Shown here: positions 51,114-63,417 of the stretch, piece after piece | Numbering within the stretch: the first letter of the stretch is position 1 | How the letters are laid out: each line of letters opens with the position of its first letter | Assembly: GCF_035084215.1 (NCBI RefSeq) | Contig: NC_090368.1 | Coordinates: 4,712,001 to 4,776,000, forward strand | Reading direction: 5' to 3' | DNA from: Heptranchias perlo | Taxonomy: Eukaryota | Length of the DNA stretch: 64,000 nucleotides | Program-made: the position numbers and the translations under genes | Notes under the pieces: model-generated | Database searches by the model: none | What the model was told of the DNA's origin: nothing | Seen by the model: the letters and a program-made list of their open reading frames with translations, nothing else

Positions 51114-51879
51114 CTAGGAACAAACGCAGGAAATTACACACAATACTCAACACAGAAACAGGCCATTCAGCCCAACTGGTCCGTGCCGGTGTTTATGCTC
51201 CACACGATCCTCCTCCCACCCCTCTTCATCTCATCCTATCCCCATATCCTTCTATTCCTTTCTCCCTCTTGTGTTTATCCAGCTTCCCCTTAAATCCATC
51301 TACACTATTCGCCTCAACCACTCCATGTGGTAGCAAGTTCCACATTTTCACCACTGTCTGGGTAAAGAAGTTAAAAAAAAGACATCCTGTGCAACTGATA
51401 GCAACTCAGAACACAAAACACAGCACTACAGCAAACAGTCTAGAGTCTAATTAAACAGAGCACTACAGCAGTCTACAGAGTCTAATTAAACAGCGCGATA
51501 CAGCAAACAGTCTACAGAGTCTATTTAAAGAGTTCCTACAAAATAAAGCAAACAGAACGCACGACCGAAACTACAGCAATTTCTCCCGATAAAAGCAGGA
51601 TTATTTCTCCAGAAGAATGCGGGGAGTGGACGATACTAAAACAAATTATGTGCGCAAAATCAATCCCAGTCACCTACAGAAGTGCGATCTGCAGGCGTGA
51701 TTGATGGGGGAAATTACCCAATCATCCGCATTCTGGCTGGGAATAGAGGGTCACTATATGTAGCTGTGTTTTAATTGGAGGGTCTGTTTTGCTGCAGGTG
51801 CACACTTTCCACCATTAGAGGACCCAATAATGCCCCACGGGAGTGAATCAGCGATAGGCAGCACCGACCGTATACTTAC

Positions 51880-52086
51880 ATCATCTGCTCGATGGCCTGC
51901 TTGAGGTACTGGTAATCAGCGTAGTCACCCGATGCTCCCAGTATTGTGCTGTTGTTCACTTTCATCAGTCTGGATATGTTACGGAATCGCGCCATGGACC
52001 CGTAGGAGCCCAGCATGTCGGCAGCAAGAATGACCCCGCCATCGAACTTCACCCCGAGCACAGAGGTACCCGTCACCATGGGACTC
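51880..52086 (-). CDS. PSMB4: PSMB4 exon 2 ([39 protein letters not shown]…LKQAIEQM)
   Basis: TTTACAG|G…AT|GTAAGT; 207 nt; proteasome beta-7 (PSMB4) signature. Confidence 0.97.
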
Positions 52087-52109
52087 CTGTAAAGACAAGG
52101 CCGAGTTAG

Positions 52110-52475
52110 GAATATCGGAACAGGAGGAGGCCATTCAGCCCCTCCAGCCTGTTCTGTCATTCAATTCAATCATGGCTGGTCTGCATCTTAACTCCATTTA
52201 CCCGTCTTGGTTCTGTGACCCTTAATACCCTCACCCAACAAAAACCTATCAATCTCAGTTGTGAAATTTTCAATTGACCCCCCGGCCTCAACAGCTTTTT
52301 GGGGGAGTGAGTTCCAGATTTCCACTCCCCTTTGTGTGAAGAAGTGCTTCCTGACATCACCCCTGAACGGCCGAGCTCTAATTTTAAGGTTCTGCCCCCT
52401 TGTTCTGGACTCCCCCCACCAGAGGAAATAGTTTCTCTCTCTCTCGATCCTATCAAATCCTTTAATCATATTAAA
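52110..52475 (-). mobile_element. CR1-type LINE 3' fragment
   Basis: IKGFDR…ESRTRGQNLKIR…FFTQRGVEIWNSLP. Confidence 0.85.
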
Positions 52476-52499
52476 CATTGAAGAAAACCACCAATTAAT

Positions 52500-52893
52500 T
52501 TGCATTTATATAGTCCCCCTTCACGTCCTCAGGATGTCTCAATGTGTTGTACAGTCAGTGAATTACTTTTGAAGTGCAGTCACTGTTATTATGTAGAGAA
52601 TTGCACCACAAAATGAGACAAATGACCAGATAATCTGTTTTTAGTTGAGGGATAAATATTGGCCCAAGACACCCCTGCTCTTCTTCAAAATAGGGGCTGT
52701 GGGATCTTTTACATCCACCCGAGGGGCACAGACGGGGCCGCTCACTGAAAGACGGCACCTCCAACAGCGCAGCATTCCCTCGCGACTGCACTGGGAGTGT
52801 CGGCCTGGATTATGGGCTCAATTCGCTGGGGTGGGGGCTCGAACCCACGACCCTCTGACTCCGAGGTGAGAGTGCTGCCCACTGAGCCACGGC
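52500..52893 (-). mobile_element. Deu-domain tRNA SINE
   Basis: Reverse copy of the SacSINE1-like element. Confidence 0.8.
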
Positions 52894-53324
52894 TGGAGAA
52901 GGGGCAGGGGGAACTGGAAGAATTTTTGTTTAAGTGGTGACCCCAGCCAGGATGCCTTTATATCTTGTATTTCACACACTGAAGCAGGACCCAAACTAAA
53001 TGTTAAAGATCCAGCTCCAATTTATAACTTTATTAATGCTGTAAACTTACTACACTTATTTGGGGGGAGGAAAGAGGAGGTTCATTTACTGCAGAGACTC
53101 TGTACGAAGTGATCACACCGTTAAAGATAACAGACTCCACAGTCAAATAAGCTACAACTTGCATTTATACAGCGCCTTCAACATAGTAAAACGTCCCAAG
53201 GCGCTTCATGAGCGATTATCAAACAAAATTTGACACCGAGCCACATAAGGAGATATCAGGACAGGGAAGAGGTAGGTTTTAAAGAGCATCTTAAAAAAGG
53301 AGAGAGGTGGAGAGGTTGGGGCCG

Positions 53325-53613
53325 AAAAACAGAAAATGCAGGAAACACTCAGCAGGTGAGGCATCCTCTGGACCCATCTTTTGTTTCTTTATTATCACAT
53401 TACCACCCCCTTTTGTCCTGCACATCCTCCCTATTGTCATTTAATCAATCCTGCTCTCCACCCTATCAAAGGCCTTCCCCCCCCACTTTCCCACTTATTT
53501 AAAAACTGTTAAATCTCTAACTCCTTCCAGTTCTGATGAAAGGTCATCGACCTGAAAGGTTAACTGTTTCTCCCTCCCTCCCCACGGATGCTGCCCGAGT
53601 GTTTTCCAGCATT
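53325..53613 (+). mobile_element. Penelope-like remnant with inverted ends and a hammerhead motif (53528-53566)
   Basis: agaaaatgcaggaaacactcagc is inverted relative to gagtgttttccagcatt; cagtt CTGATGA a aggtc-atc-gacct GAAA ggtt aactg. Confidence 0.55.
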
Positions 53614-53859
53614 CGGCACTGCACACGAGCCAACATGCTCTAACAGCGGCACTGTACTCCGCTGCAGGCTGACGGTTTCGCAATGATGGAGGCAGAGCTG
53701 ACCCACACCGCCGAGCGAGAGTGAAACAATTCTATAACCCGGTGATTATAGTGGTTTCACTTTCACTCAGGATTATGGGTAAATGCAACCTCCATTAGCA
53801 GGAAGCTGTGGAGTGGTTTCCACTTTCCCTCAACAGCAAGGGCAGGATTTTTTCCCCCC

Positions 53860-54258
53860 CCGTTCGTTCTGGGGATGTGGGCGTCGCTGGCAAGGCCGGC
53901 ATTTATTGCCTATTCCCTGGTTCCCCTGAGAATGTGGTGCTGGGCTTTCTTCTTGAACTGCGAACTGTTTTGATACAACTGAGCAGCTTGCGAAGCCACT
54001 TTAGAGGGCAGTTGAGAGTCAACCACGCTTGGTTTGGGGACTGGAGTCACATATAGGCCCCAGACCGGGTCGGGACGGTGGGTTTCCTTCCCTAAAAGAC
54101 ATCAGTGAACCAGTTGGGTTTTAATGACAATCCGACAGCTTCACGGTCACATTTACTGAGACCGGTTTCTTCGTTCCAGATTTTTAAAACCGAACTCAAA
54201 TTCTCAAACTGCCGGGGTGGGATTTGAACTCACCTTCTCCGGATTATTAGTCTAGGCT
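53860..54258 (-). mobile_element. SINE with tRNA-like head, middle matching the LINE 5' UTR and a LINE-derived 3' tail
   Basis: Reverse complement matches 59065-59230 and 62090-62160. Confidence 0.75.
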
Positions 54259-54434
54259 CCTGGAGGCTGAGACAAGCAGGAGCAGGAGCCCTGGATGGCT
54301 CTCCACTCCCGAACGAACCCTGGAGTCCCGCTGCAACACCCCTGAGGAGATCGAGGAGCTCTGCAGAGATTGGGGATTGTGACGTGAGACTTTCCTAGCC
54401 TGCATGACTCAGCTACTTATTGGATAAACTGCAG

Positions 54435-54695
54435 ATTCTGGCCTCTTCCGCATCCCCGATTTCCTTCGCTCCACCATTGGCGGCCGTGCCTTCAGCTGTC
54501 TAGGCCCTAAGCTCTGAATTCCCTCCCTAAACCCCTCTCTCTTCCTTAAAACCTCCCTCTTTGACCAAGCTTTTGGTCACCTGTCCTAAAATCTCCTTAT
54601 GCGGCACAGCATCAAATTTAGTTTGATTACGCTCCTGTGAAGCGCCTTGGGACCTATTACTGCTTTAAAAGGCGCTGTTTAATGGCAAGTTGTTG
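54435..54695 (+). mobile_element. L2-type LINE 3' tail fragment
   Basis: Same tail as 29880 and 62400. Confidence 0.8.
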
Positions 54696-55199
54696 AGGTA
54701 GGAGAGATGGGGGTAAATAGAAAAAAACATTAAAAGTGAGAAAAAGTAAATAAAAAAGGTATCTTGACAAATTGATCTAGAGCAGAAAGAAAGAGACAGA
54801 CAACCTGCTTCCCAATTTGCCAGTAAGACATTAACCTAATTGTTAAGCGAGTTGTTTTTAGCAACGTAAACACCTGGACTCTGCAAGGACATCACTCTCC
54901 CGCAACCCAAACTACAGACACACCAAATCAAAGCGACTTAAAAAGGAAAAAAAGTCAAGTGCTACACACACTGGGTGGCATCATCTACTGTTAACACCAC
55001 TAAAATCAGAGAAACAACTCTGAATTACACTCCAACTTTATGTACCATTTAGTTAACTGCAGATAATCACCCGATAAATTAATAGCAATGACACTGCAAT
55101 TGTTAATCCCCACACCAGGGAGAGTGCACAGGCTCAATTATCTTCCATAACAGTCACTGGACTTCAAAGTAACTCATGTGTGTGTGTGTGTGTGAAGTA

Positions 55200-55590
55200 G
55201 GTCATGGGTTCAAACCCCACTCCAGCACTTGAGCCCATAATCTAAGCGGACACTCCAGTGCAGTACTGAGAGAGTGCTGCATTGTTGGATGTGCCGTTAA
55301 ACCAAGGCCCCGTCTGCCCTCTCAGGTGGGCATAAAAGATCCCACGGCACTATTTTGAAGATCAGGGGAGTTCTCCCCAGTATCCTGGCCCATATTTATC
55401 CCTCAACCAATATCACCAAAAAATAATGATCTGTTCATTATCTCACTGCTGTTTGTGGGATCTTGCTGTGCGCAAATTGGGTGCCGCATCTCCTACATTA
55501 CAACACTTCAAAAATATTTCATTGGCTGTAAAGAGCTTTGGGAGGTCCTGAGGTCATTAAAAGCGCTATATAAATACAAGTTCTTTCTGT
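55200..55590 (+). mobile_element. Deu-domain tRNA SINE
   Basis: gggttcaaaccccactccag…gttaaaccaaggccccgtctgccctctcagg. Confidence 0.8.
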
Positions 55591-55789
55591 CCATTGCTAT
55601 TTGTGGGATCTTGCTGTGTTCAAATCGACTGCAAAACAGTGATCACACTTCAAAGGTTACGCTGCCTGTGAAGGGGTCTGAGACGTCTCTCAGTTGGGAA
55701 GAGACACGAGCCAATTCTTTTCCGACCCAATTCAGACTGGTCAAATGCTATTCTCTCATGTCCGACTCCATTTGTAGCATCTCCTGATG

Positions 55790-56347
55790 GACATAACATA
55801 AGAAACAGGAGCAGGAGTAGACCATACGGCCCCTCGAGCCTGCTCCGCCATTCAGTAAGATCATGGCTGGTCCCCATATCCCTAGACCCCAAAAATCTAT
55901 CGATCTCAGCCTTGAACATTCTCAACGACTGAGCATCCACAGCCCTCTGGGGTAGAGAATTCCAAAGATTCACAATCCTCTGAGTGAAGAAATTCCTCCT
56001 CATCTCAGTCTTAAATGGCCAACTCCTTACCCTGAGACTGTGCCCCCTAGTTCTGGACTCTCCAGCCAGGGGAAACGATCGCTCAGCATCTCCCCTGTCA
56101 CGCCCTCTCAGAATCTCATATGTTTCAATGAGATCACCTCTCATTCTTCTAAACTCCAGAGAGTACAGGCCCATTCTACTCAATCTCTCCTCACAGGACA
56201 ACCCTCTCATCCCAGGAATTAATCTAGTGAACCTTCGTTGCACCGCCTCTAAGGCAAGTACATCCTTCCTTAGGTAAGGAGACCAAAACTATACACAGTG
56301 CTCCAGGTGAGGTCTCACCAAAACCCTGTGCAACTGCAGCAAGACTT
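55790..56347 (-). mobile_element. CR1/HER1-like LINE 3' fragment
   Basis: QRRFTRLIPGMRGLSCEERLSRMGLYSLEFRRMRGDLIETYEIL…FFTQRIVNLWNSLP. Confidence 0.9.
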
Positions 56348-56450
56348 CAAAGAGAAAGAAAGAGACAGGGAACAGACTCCCAGAGCAGCACCGCCTGGTC
56401 AGTCTGGAGATACGCTCCCTGAGCTGCGCCCCTTGCTGGATATTATGGGA

Positions 56451-56650
56451 CCAGGTTATAGTCCAACGGTTTTATTTGAAAATCACAAGCTTTCGGAGCT
56501 TACCTCCTTCGCCAGGTCATCTGACGAAAGGGGAGGTAAGCCTCCGAAAGCTTGTGATTTTCAAATAAAACTGTTAAGACTATAACCTGGGTGTTGTAAG
56601 ATTCCTTGCATTTGTCCACCCCAGTCCATCAGCGGCATCTCCGCATCATG
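56451..56650. mobile_element. Head-to-head Penelope-like fragments forming an inverted repeat (~65-bp arms) with hammerhead motifs
   Basis: ccaggttatag…gctttcggag…cgccag / ctgacga…ctccgaaagcttgtgattttcaaataaaa…ctataacctgg. Confidence 0.6.
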
Positions 56651-56669
56651 GGGACGGCAGGAGAAAGAG

Positions 56670-57330
56670 ACAGGCTGAGCCGCGACGCCTCCCACGGCCG
56701 AATAGCCGGGCCAGCACTCACTGCCTGGACTCCTCCTCTCTCCTTCAAGAGTGGCCCCGAGCAGGGAGGGGAGGAAAGAGAAACACGAACCCCACCCACC
56801 CACCGAAAATCAACCGGGCTCATATCGACTCGACTCCACTCCACGGGCGGATGAGACAGCACTGAGGCCTAGGCCGCAGGCTGTGGGAGTTTGAGGAGGG
56901 TTTTTTTCCACCGGCCCGAAATACTAACGCCGCGGCCCGGGCCCCGGCCCTTTACTCACAGTGTGTGTCTGACCGGATCCAGGCTGCTGCCCGGCACCGA
57001 GTAAAACCGCCCGGGCGCCGGCCCGCTGCCCCACATCCCCGCTCCCGGCCCGTCCAGCGCCGCCATTTCAACTCCAATGAATCCAGCGGCTGGTCCGGAG
57101 CGCACCACTCCCCGGGCAGAGGGGAGGCCACCCGCATCACGGCGCAATATTATCTCCTCGCACCCTCAACCCGAACGCCTCCCGCATCCGCAAATGAACC
57201 AACGTGATTTCACCGAGTGATTTAAATCACCAATGCTCCGCCGCTGAGGTGCCTTTGCTTATTTTTTAATGTGTTTTCTTAATGTGTTTACCTCGGAGCG
57301 AATGGAACAGTCCGTGTCAATCAAACGCTA
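56670..57330. promoter_or_regulatory. PSMB4 CpG island / promoter
   Basis: High GC and CpG density around exon 1. Confidence 0.65.
56960..57066 (-). CDS. PSMB4: PSMB4 exon 1 (MAALDGPGAGMWGSGPAPGRFYSVPGSSLDPVRHTL)
   Basis: Kozak GAAATGG; resembles the human propeptide GLWAGGPAPGQFYRIP…ITRT; donor CT|GTGAGT. Confidence 0.93.
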
Positions 57331-58049
57331 GAACGCACCACTCAAAGGGAGGGGAGAACCGGCACTCTACACCGTATAATTATAGCCGGGCAGCACAAAC
57401 ATTGACCTCCTTCATCCATATTTTGAAGACTAATACTCACTCAACCGATGCTAATTACTAATATGTTGCTAGTCAGATTTTTCTGCTGATTTGGAATTTG
57501 TTTTCCTAATGAGCACTACCTATTCATGTTTATGGAATAGTCCGGGCTTGGAGCCCCGGAATGGACCATTGAGAGGGGAATCCAGCACTCTATAATTGTA
57601 CAATTGTACACCCACAGCGCAGTTAATCACTTTAATGTTAATATTAAATGCGATAAATTCGTCAGTCAATTATAATGCCCGGTGTGCTGCTGATCACGCG
57701 TGCCTGATTACGTTTATATATTTTAGTTCATTGATCCCCTCCAAATATATGGTATAGTCTATCAGTCAATGCCGAGCCGGGTATTCCAGAGCGAACCATT
57801 TAGAGAAAAGGGAACTACTACAGCTCCTCATTTCACAATTATATCAGCCTCTTACAGAGAATTACTGTTTTATCTATGATTTAATTATACTTTTGAAGGG
57901 ATGTTTAGTTACCAAAGAAAAAAAAAATGCATCTGCTGGAAAGCTGAAACAAAACAAGAAAGTCCTGCAAAAACACTGCAGGCTGGTCAGCAGCGACAAA
58001 TAAATAAGTCAGATTAAAGTCCTGGGTACAAAATTTGGTCAGAACAGTG

Positions 58050-58862
58050 TTAGATGTGGCACCGCGGGTAGCACTTTTGCTTCTGAGTCGGCAAGTTGTG
58101 GGTTCGAGTCCCACTCCAGGGATTCGAGCGCATAATCCCCGGGCTGGCACTTCCCGCTGCGGTGCTGAGGGAGTGCTGCACTGTCGGAGGTGCCGTCTTT
58201 CGCGTGAGACGTTGAACTGAGGCCCCCGTCTGCCCCTCTCAGGTAAAAGATCCCGTGATGCTATTTCGAAGAAGAGCAGGAAAGTTCTCCCCGGTGTCCT
58301 TGGCCGGTATTTGTCCCTCAGCCAACATCCTGTGAAGCTGTTTCCCCCTGGCTGGAGAGTCTGGAACGAAGGGGGGCGCAGTCTCAAGGGAAGGGGTCGG
58401 CCATTTAGGACCGAGATGAGAAAAAATGTCTTCGCTCAGAGGGTTGTGAATCTTTGGAATTCTCCACCCCAGAGGGCTGTGGTCGCTGAGTCATTGAGTA
58501 TATTCAAGGCTGAGATTGAAAGACCTTTGGAATCTAGGGGAATCAAGGGATATGGGGATCAGGCAGGAAAGTGGAGTTGAGGTCGAAGATGAGCCATGAT
58601 CTTATTGAATGACGGAGCAGGCTCGAGAGGCCGTATGGCCTACTCCTGCTCCTATTATGTTATGTTCTTAACATCACTAAAAAACAGATGATCTGGTCAT
58701 TATCTCATTGCTGGTTGTGGGATCTTGCTGTGCGCAAATTGGCTGCCGCATTTCCTGCATTACAACAGTGACCACGCTTCTAAAGTGCTTCACTGGCTGT
58801 AAAGCGCTTTGGGACGTCCTGGGGTTGTGAAAGGTGCTGAAGGAATACAAGTCTTTCTTTCT
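58050..58862 (+). mobile_element. Deu-domain SINE interrupted by a CR1 fragment (58330-58669)
   Basis: The SINE resumes after the insert; AACATC is duplicated at 58324-58329 and 58670-58675. Confidence 0.8.
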
Positions 58863-59054
58863 TTCAATGACTAGCCTGCATTTATGGCATTTAAAAAGTA
58901 CTTGGATGTGCCCTTGAAGTGCCGTAACCTACAACATTATGGACCAAGAGCTGGAAGGTGGGATAGCCCTTTATCGACTGGTACAGACACGATGGGCCGA
59001 ATGGCCTCCTTCTGTGCAGTAAATTTCTATGATTAACTGCACCCAAGCAATCCA

Positions 59055-62000
59055 GGTGGCATTGAAACTACCGGATTGTCGTAAAAACCCATCTGGTTCA
59101 CTAATGCCCTTTAGGGAAGGAAGCCTGCCGTCCTTACCCGGTCTGGGCCTATAGGTGACTCCAGACGCACAGCAATGTGGTTGATTCTTAATCCCCCTCT
59201 GAAATGGCCAAGCAAGACACTCAGTTGTAAAATCTCACTAAAAAAAGTCATAATGAGAATAAAACCGGAAGGACCACCCGGCATCGGACCACTAGGCACC
59301 GGACATGACAAAAGCAAATCAAGCCCAGTCGACCCTGCAAGGTCCTCCTTACTAACATCTGGGGACTTGTGCCAAAATTGGGAGAGCTGTCCCACAGACT
59401 AGTCAAGCAACAGCCTGACATAGCCATACTCACACAATCATACCTTTCAGCCAACGTCCCAGACTCTTCCATCACCATCCCTGGGTATGTCCTGTCCCAC
59501 CGGCAGGACAGACCCACCAGAGGTGGCGGTACAGTGATATACAGTCAGGAGGGAGTGGCCCTGGGAGTCCTCAACATTGACTCTGGACCCCATGAAATCT
59601 CATGGCATCAGGTCAAACATGGGAAAGGAAACCTCCTGCTGATTACCACCTACCGCCCTCCCTCAGCTGATGAATCAGTCCTCCTCCATGTTGAACACCA
59701 CTTGGAGGAAGCACTGAGGGTAGCAAGGGCACAGAATGTACTCTGGGTGGGGGACTTCAATGTCCATCACCAAGAGTGGCTCGGTAGCACCACTACTGAC
59801 CGAGCTGACCGAGTCCTGAAAGACATAGCTGCCAGACTGGGCCTTCGGCAGGTGGTGAGCAAACCAACACAAGGGAAAAACTTACTTGACCTCGTCCTCA
59901 CCAATCTACCTGTCGCAAATGCATCTGTCCATGACAGTATTGGTAGGAGTGACCACCGCACAGTCCTTGTGGAGACGAAGTTCCATCTTCGCACTGAGGA
60001 TACCATCCAACGTGTTGTGTGGCACTACCACCATGCTAAATGGGATAGATTCAGAACGGATCTAGCAGCTCAAATCTGGGCATCCATGAGGTGCTGTGGG
60101 CCATCAGCAGCAGCAGAATTGTATTCCAGCACAATCTGTAACCTCATGGCCCAGCATATTCCTCACTCTACCATTACCAACAAACCAGGGGATCAACCCT
60201 GGTTCAATGAGGAATGTAGAAGAGCATGCCAGGAGCAGCACCAGGCGTACCTAAAAATGAGGTGCCAACCTGGTGAAGCTACAACTCAGGACTACATGCA
60301 TGCTAAACAGCGGAAGCAACATGCTATAGACAGAGCTAAGCGATTCCACAACCAACGGATCAGATCAAAGCTCTGCAGTCCTGCCACATCCAGTCGTGCA
60401 TGGTGGTGGACAATTAAACAGAGAAGGCTCTGTAAACATCCCCATCCTCAACGATGGCGGAGTCCAGCACGTGAGTGCAAAAGACAAGGCTGATGCATTT
60501 GCAACCATCTTCAGCCAGAAGTGCCGAGTGGATGATCCATCTCAGCCTCCTCCTGATATCCCCACCATCACAGAAGCCAGTCTTCAGCCAATTCGATTCA
60601 CCCCAGGTGATATCAAGAAACGGCTGAGTGCACTGGATACAGCAAAGGCTATGTGCCCCAACAACACCCCGGCTGTAGTGCTGAAGACTTGTGCTCCAGA
60701 ACTAGCCGCGCCTCTAGCCAAGCTGTTCCAGTACAGCTACAACACTGGCATCTACCAATAATGTGGAAAATTGCCCAGGTATGTCCTGTCCACAAAAAGG
60801 ACAAATCTAATCTGGCCAATTACCGCCCCATCAGTCTACTCTCAATCATCAGCAAAGTGATGGAAGGTGTCGTCGACAGTGCTATCAAGCGGCACTTATT
60901 CACCAATAACCTGCTCACCGATGCTCAGTTGGGGTTCTGCCAGGACCACTCGGCTCCAGACCTCATTACAGCCTTGGTCCAAACATGGACAAAAGAGCTG
61001 AATTCCAGAGGTGAGGTGAGAGTGACTGCCCTTGACATCAAGGCAGCATTTGACCAAGTGTGGCACCAAGGAGCCCTAATAAAATTGAAGTCAATGGGAA
61101 TCAGGGGGAAAACTCTCCAGTGGCTGGAGTCATACCTAGCACAAAGGAAGATGGTAGTGGTTGTTGGAGGCCAATCATCTCAGCCCCAGGACATTGCTGG
61201 AAGAGTTCCTCAGGGCAGTGTCCTAGGCCCAACCATCTTCAGCTGCTTCATCAATGACCTTCCCTCCATCATAAGGTCAGAAATGGGGTTGTTCGCTGAT
61301 GATTGCATAGTGTTCAGTTCCATTTGCAACCCCTCAAATAATGAAGCAGTCCGAGCCCGCATGCAGCAAGACCTGGACAACATCCAGGCTTGGGCTCATA
61401 AGTGGCAAGTAACATTCGCGCCAGACAAGTGCCAGGCAATGACCATCTCCAACAAGAGAGAGTCTAACCACCTCTCCTTGACATTCAACGGCATTACCAT
61501 CGCCGAATCCCCCACCATTAACATCCTGGGGGTCACCATTGACCAGAAACTTAACTGAACCAGCCATATAAATACTGTGGCCACAAGAGCAGGTCAGAGG
61601 CTGGGTATTCTGTGGCGAGTGACTCACCTCCTGATTCCCCAAAGCCTTTCCACCATTTACAAGGCACAAGTCAGGAGTATGATGGAATACTCTCCACTTG
61701 CCTGGATGAGTGCAGCTCCAACAACACTCAAGAAGCTCAACACCATCCAGGACAAAGCAGCCCGCATGATCGGCACCCCATCCACCACCCTAAACATTCA
61801 CTCCCTTCACCACCAGCGCACAGTGGCTGCAGTGTGTACCATCCACAGGATGCACTGCAGCAACTCGCCAAGGCTTCTTTGACAGCACCTCCCAAACCCG
61901 CGACCTCTACCACCTAGAAGGACAAGGGCAGCAGGCACATGGGAACAACACCACCTGCACGTTCCCCTCCAAGTCACACACCATCCCGACTTGGAAATAT

Positions 62001-62180
62001 ATCGCCGTTCCTTCATCGTCGCTGGGTCAAAATCCTGGAACTCCCTTCCTAACAGCACTGTGGGAGAACCTTCACCACACGGACTGCAGCGGTTCAAGAA
62101 GGCGGCTCACCACCACCTTCTCAAGGGCAATTAGGGATGGACAATAAATGCCGGCCTCGCACATTGCATGAACGAATTTT
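59055..62180 (+). mobile_element. Near full-length CR1/L2-superfamily LINE (APE endonuclease plus reverse transcriptase), disrupted
   Basis: APE motifs LLTNIWGL, VGDFNVHH, GRSDH; RT motifs NYRPISLL, LDIKAAFDQV, VPQGSVLGP, FADD. Frameshifts near 60420 and 60760; stops at 61556 and 61880. Confidence 0.95.
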
Positions 62181-62399
62181 TTAAAAAGGCACCGGACAAC
62201 CTGCTCCTATGTCTGCAATGATGGAACTGTTTTCCTTTGGGTAGGTGATGCTGTTCTTCAGAAGTTGGGATCTTTGAAGTCAGTGGAGTGTATAATTGCG
62301 CAGGGCGTAGAGCTGACGTCAGGCCCAAAGCGACCTGCCCCCGCTGGGCGGGTTGGTTTAAAATCGGGGTTTAAATGTAAGAGACTCAGGATAAAATTC

Positions 62400-62765
62400 T
62401 TATCCGTGGCCTCGCCCCTCCCTATCTCTGTAACCTCCTCCAGCCCCCACAACCCTCCGAGATCTCTGCGCTCCTCCAATTCTGGCCTCTTGCCCATCCC
62501 CCGATTTCCATCGCTCCACCATTGGCGGCCGTGCCTTCAGCCGCCCGGGCCCTAAGCTCTGGAATTCCCTCCCTAAACCTCTCCGCCTCTCTCTCCTCCT
62601 TTAAGACTCTCCTTAAAACCTCCCTCTTTGACCGAGCTTTTGGTCACCTGTCCCTAATATCTCCTTCTGTGGCTCGGTGTCAAATTTTGTTCGCTAATCG
62701 CTCCTGTGAATCGCCTCGGGGACGTTTTACTGGGTTGAAGGCGCTGGATAAAGGCAAGTTGTTAC
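62400..62765 (+). mobile_element. L2-type LINE 3' fragment
   Basis: ctctgcgctcctccaattctggcctcttg…ggcggccgtgccttcagc tail. Confidence 0.8.
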
Positions 62766-62996
62766 TGTGGAGAGCAGGAAAGCCATTTTCACCTAGATAT
62801 TTAGGCAGGGGAGGGGACGGGAGAAGGGTAGCAATAAAAAAACAGAACTACAGATGCCGGAAATCTGGAATAAAAACAGGAAAATAAAAGAAAGAATTTG
62901 AATTCATATGCGGTGCCTATCACGGCTTCAGGATGTCCCAAAACATTTTACAGCTAATAAAATAACTTTTTGAAGTGGAGCCACTGTTGTAGTATC

Positions 62997-63417
62997 AGCA
63001 GTGGCTCGGTCTGTAGCACTCTTACCTTCTGAAGGCAGTAGGTTGTGGGTTCAAGTCCCACTCCGGGGACTTAATCCCAGCTGACGCCCCTCGCTGCCAG
63101 TACTAAGCGAGCGCTGCACTGTCGGATGGCGCTGCGTTCTAGACGGGACGTTAAACTGAGGCCCTGCTTGCCCTCTAAGGTGGACGTAAGAAGATCCCAC
63201 GAAGAGTTCTCCCCGGGGCCAATATTTATCCCTCAACCAACATCACTTCAAAAAAAAAAAACCCCCAGATTATCTGACCGTCATCACGTTGCTGTTTGTG
63301 GGATCTTGCTGTGCGCAAATTGGCGTTTCCTGCATGACAACACTGACTACATTTTAAAAAGTACCTCATTGGCTGTAAATGAGGTCGTGAAAGGTGCTAT
63401 ATAAATGCAAGTTCTTT
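62997..63417 (+). mobile_element. Deu-domain tRNA SINE
   Basis: gtggctcgg…gggttcaagtcccactcc…gacgttaaactgaggcc…ccaatatttatccctcaacc. Confidence 0.8.

Noticed and set aside
59369-62133. Functional RT gene
   Set aside because: Frameshifts and in-frame stops show an inactive LINE copy.
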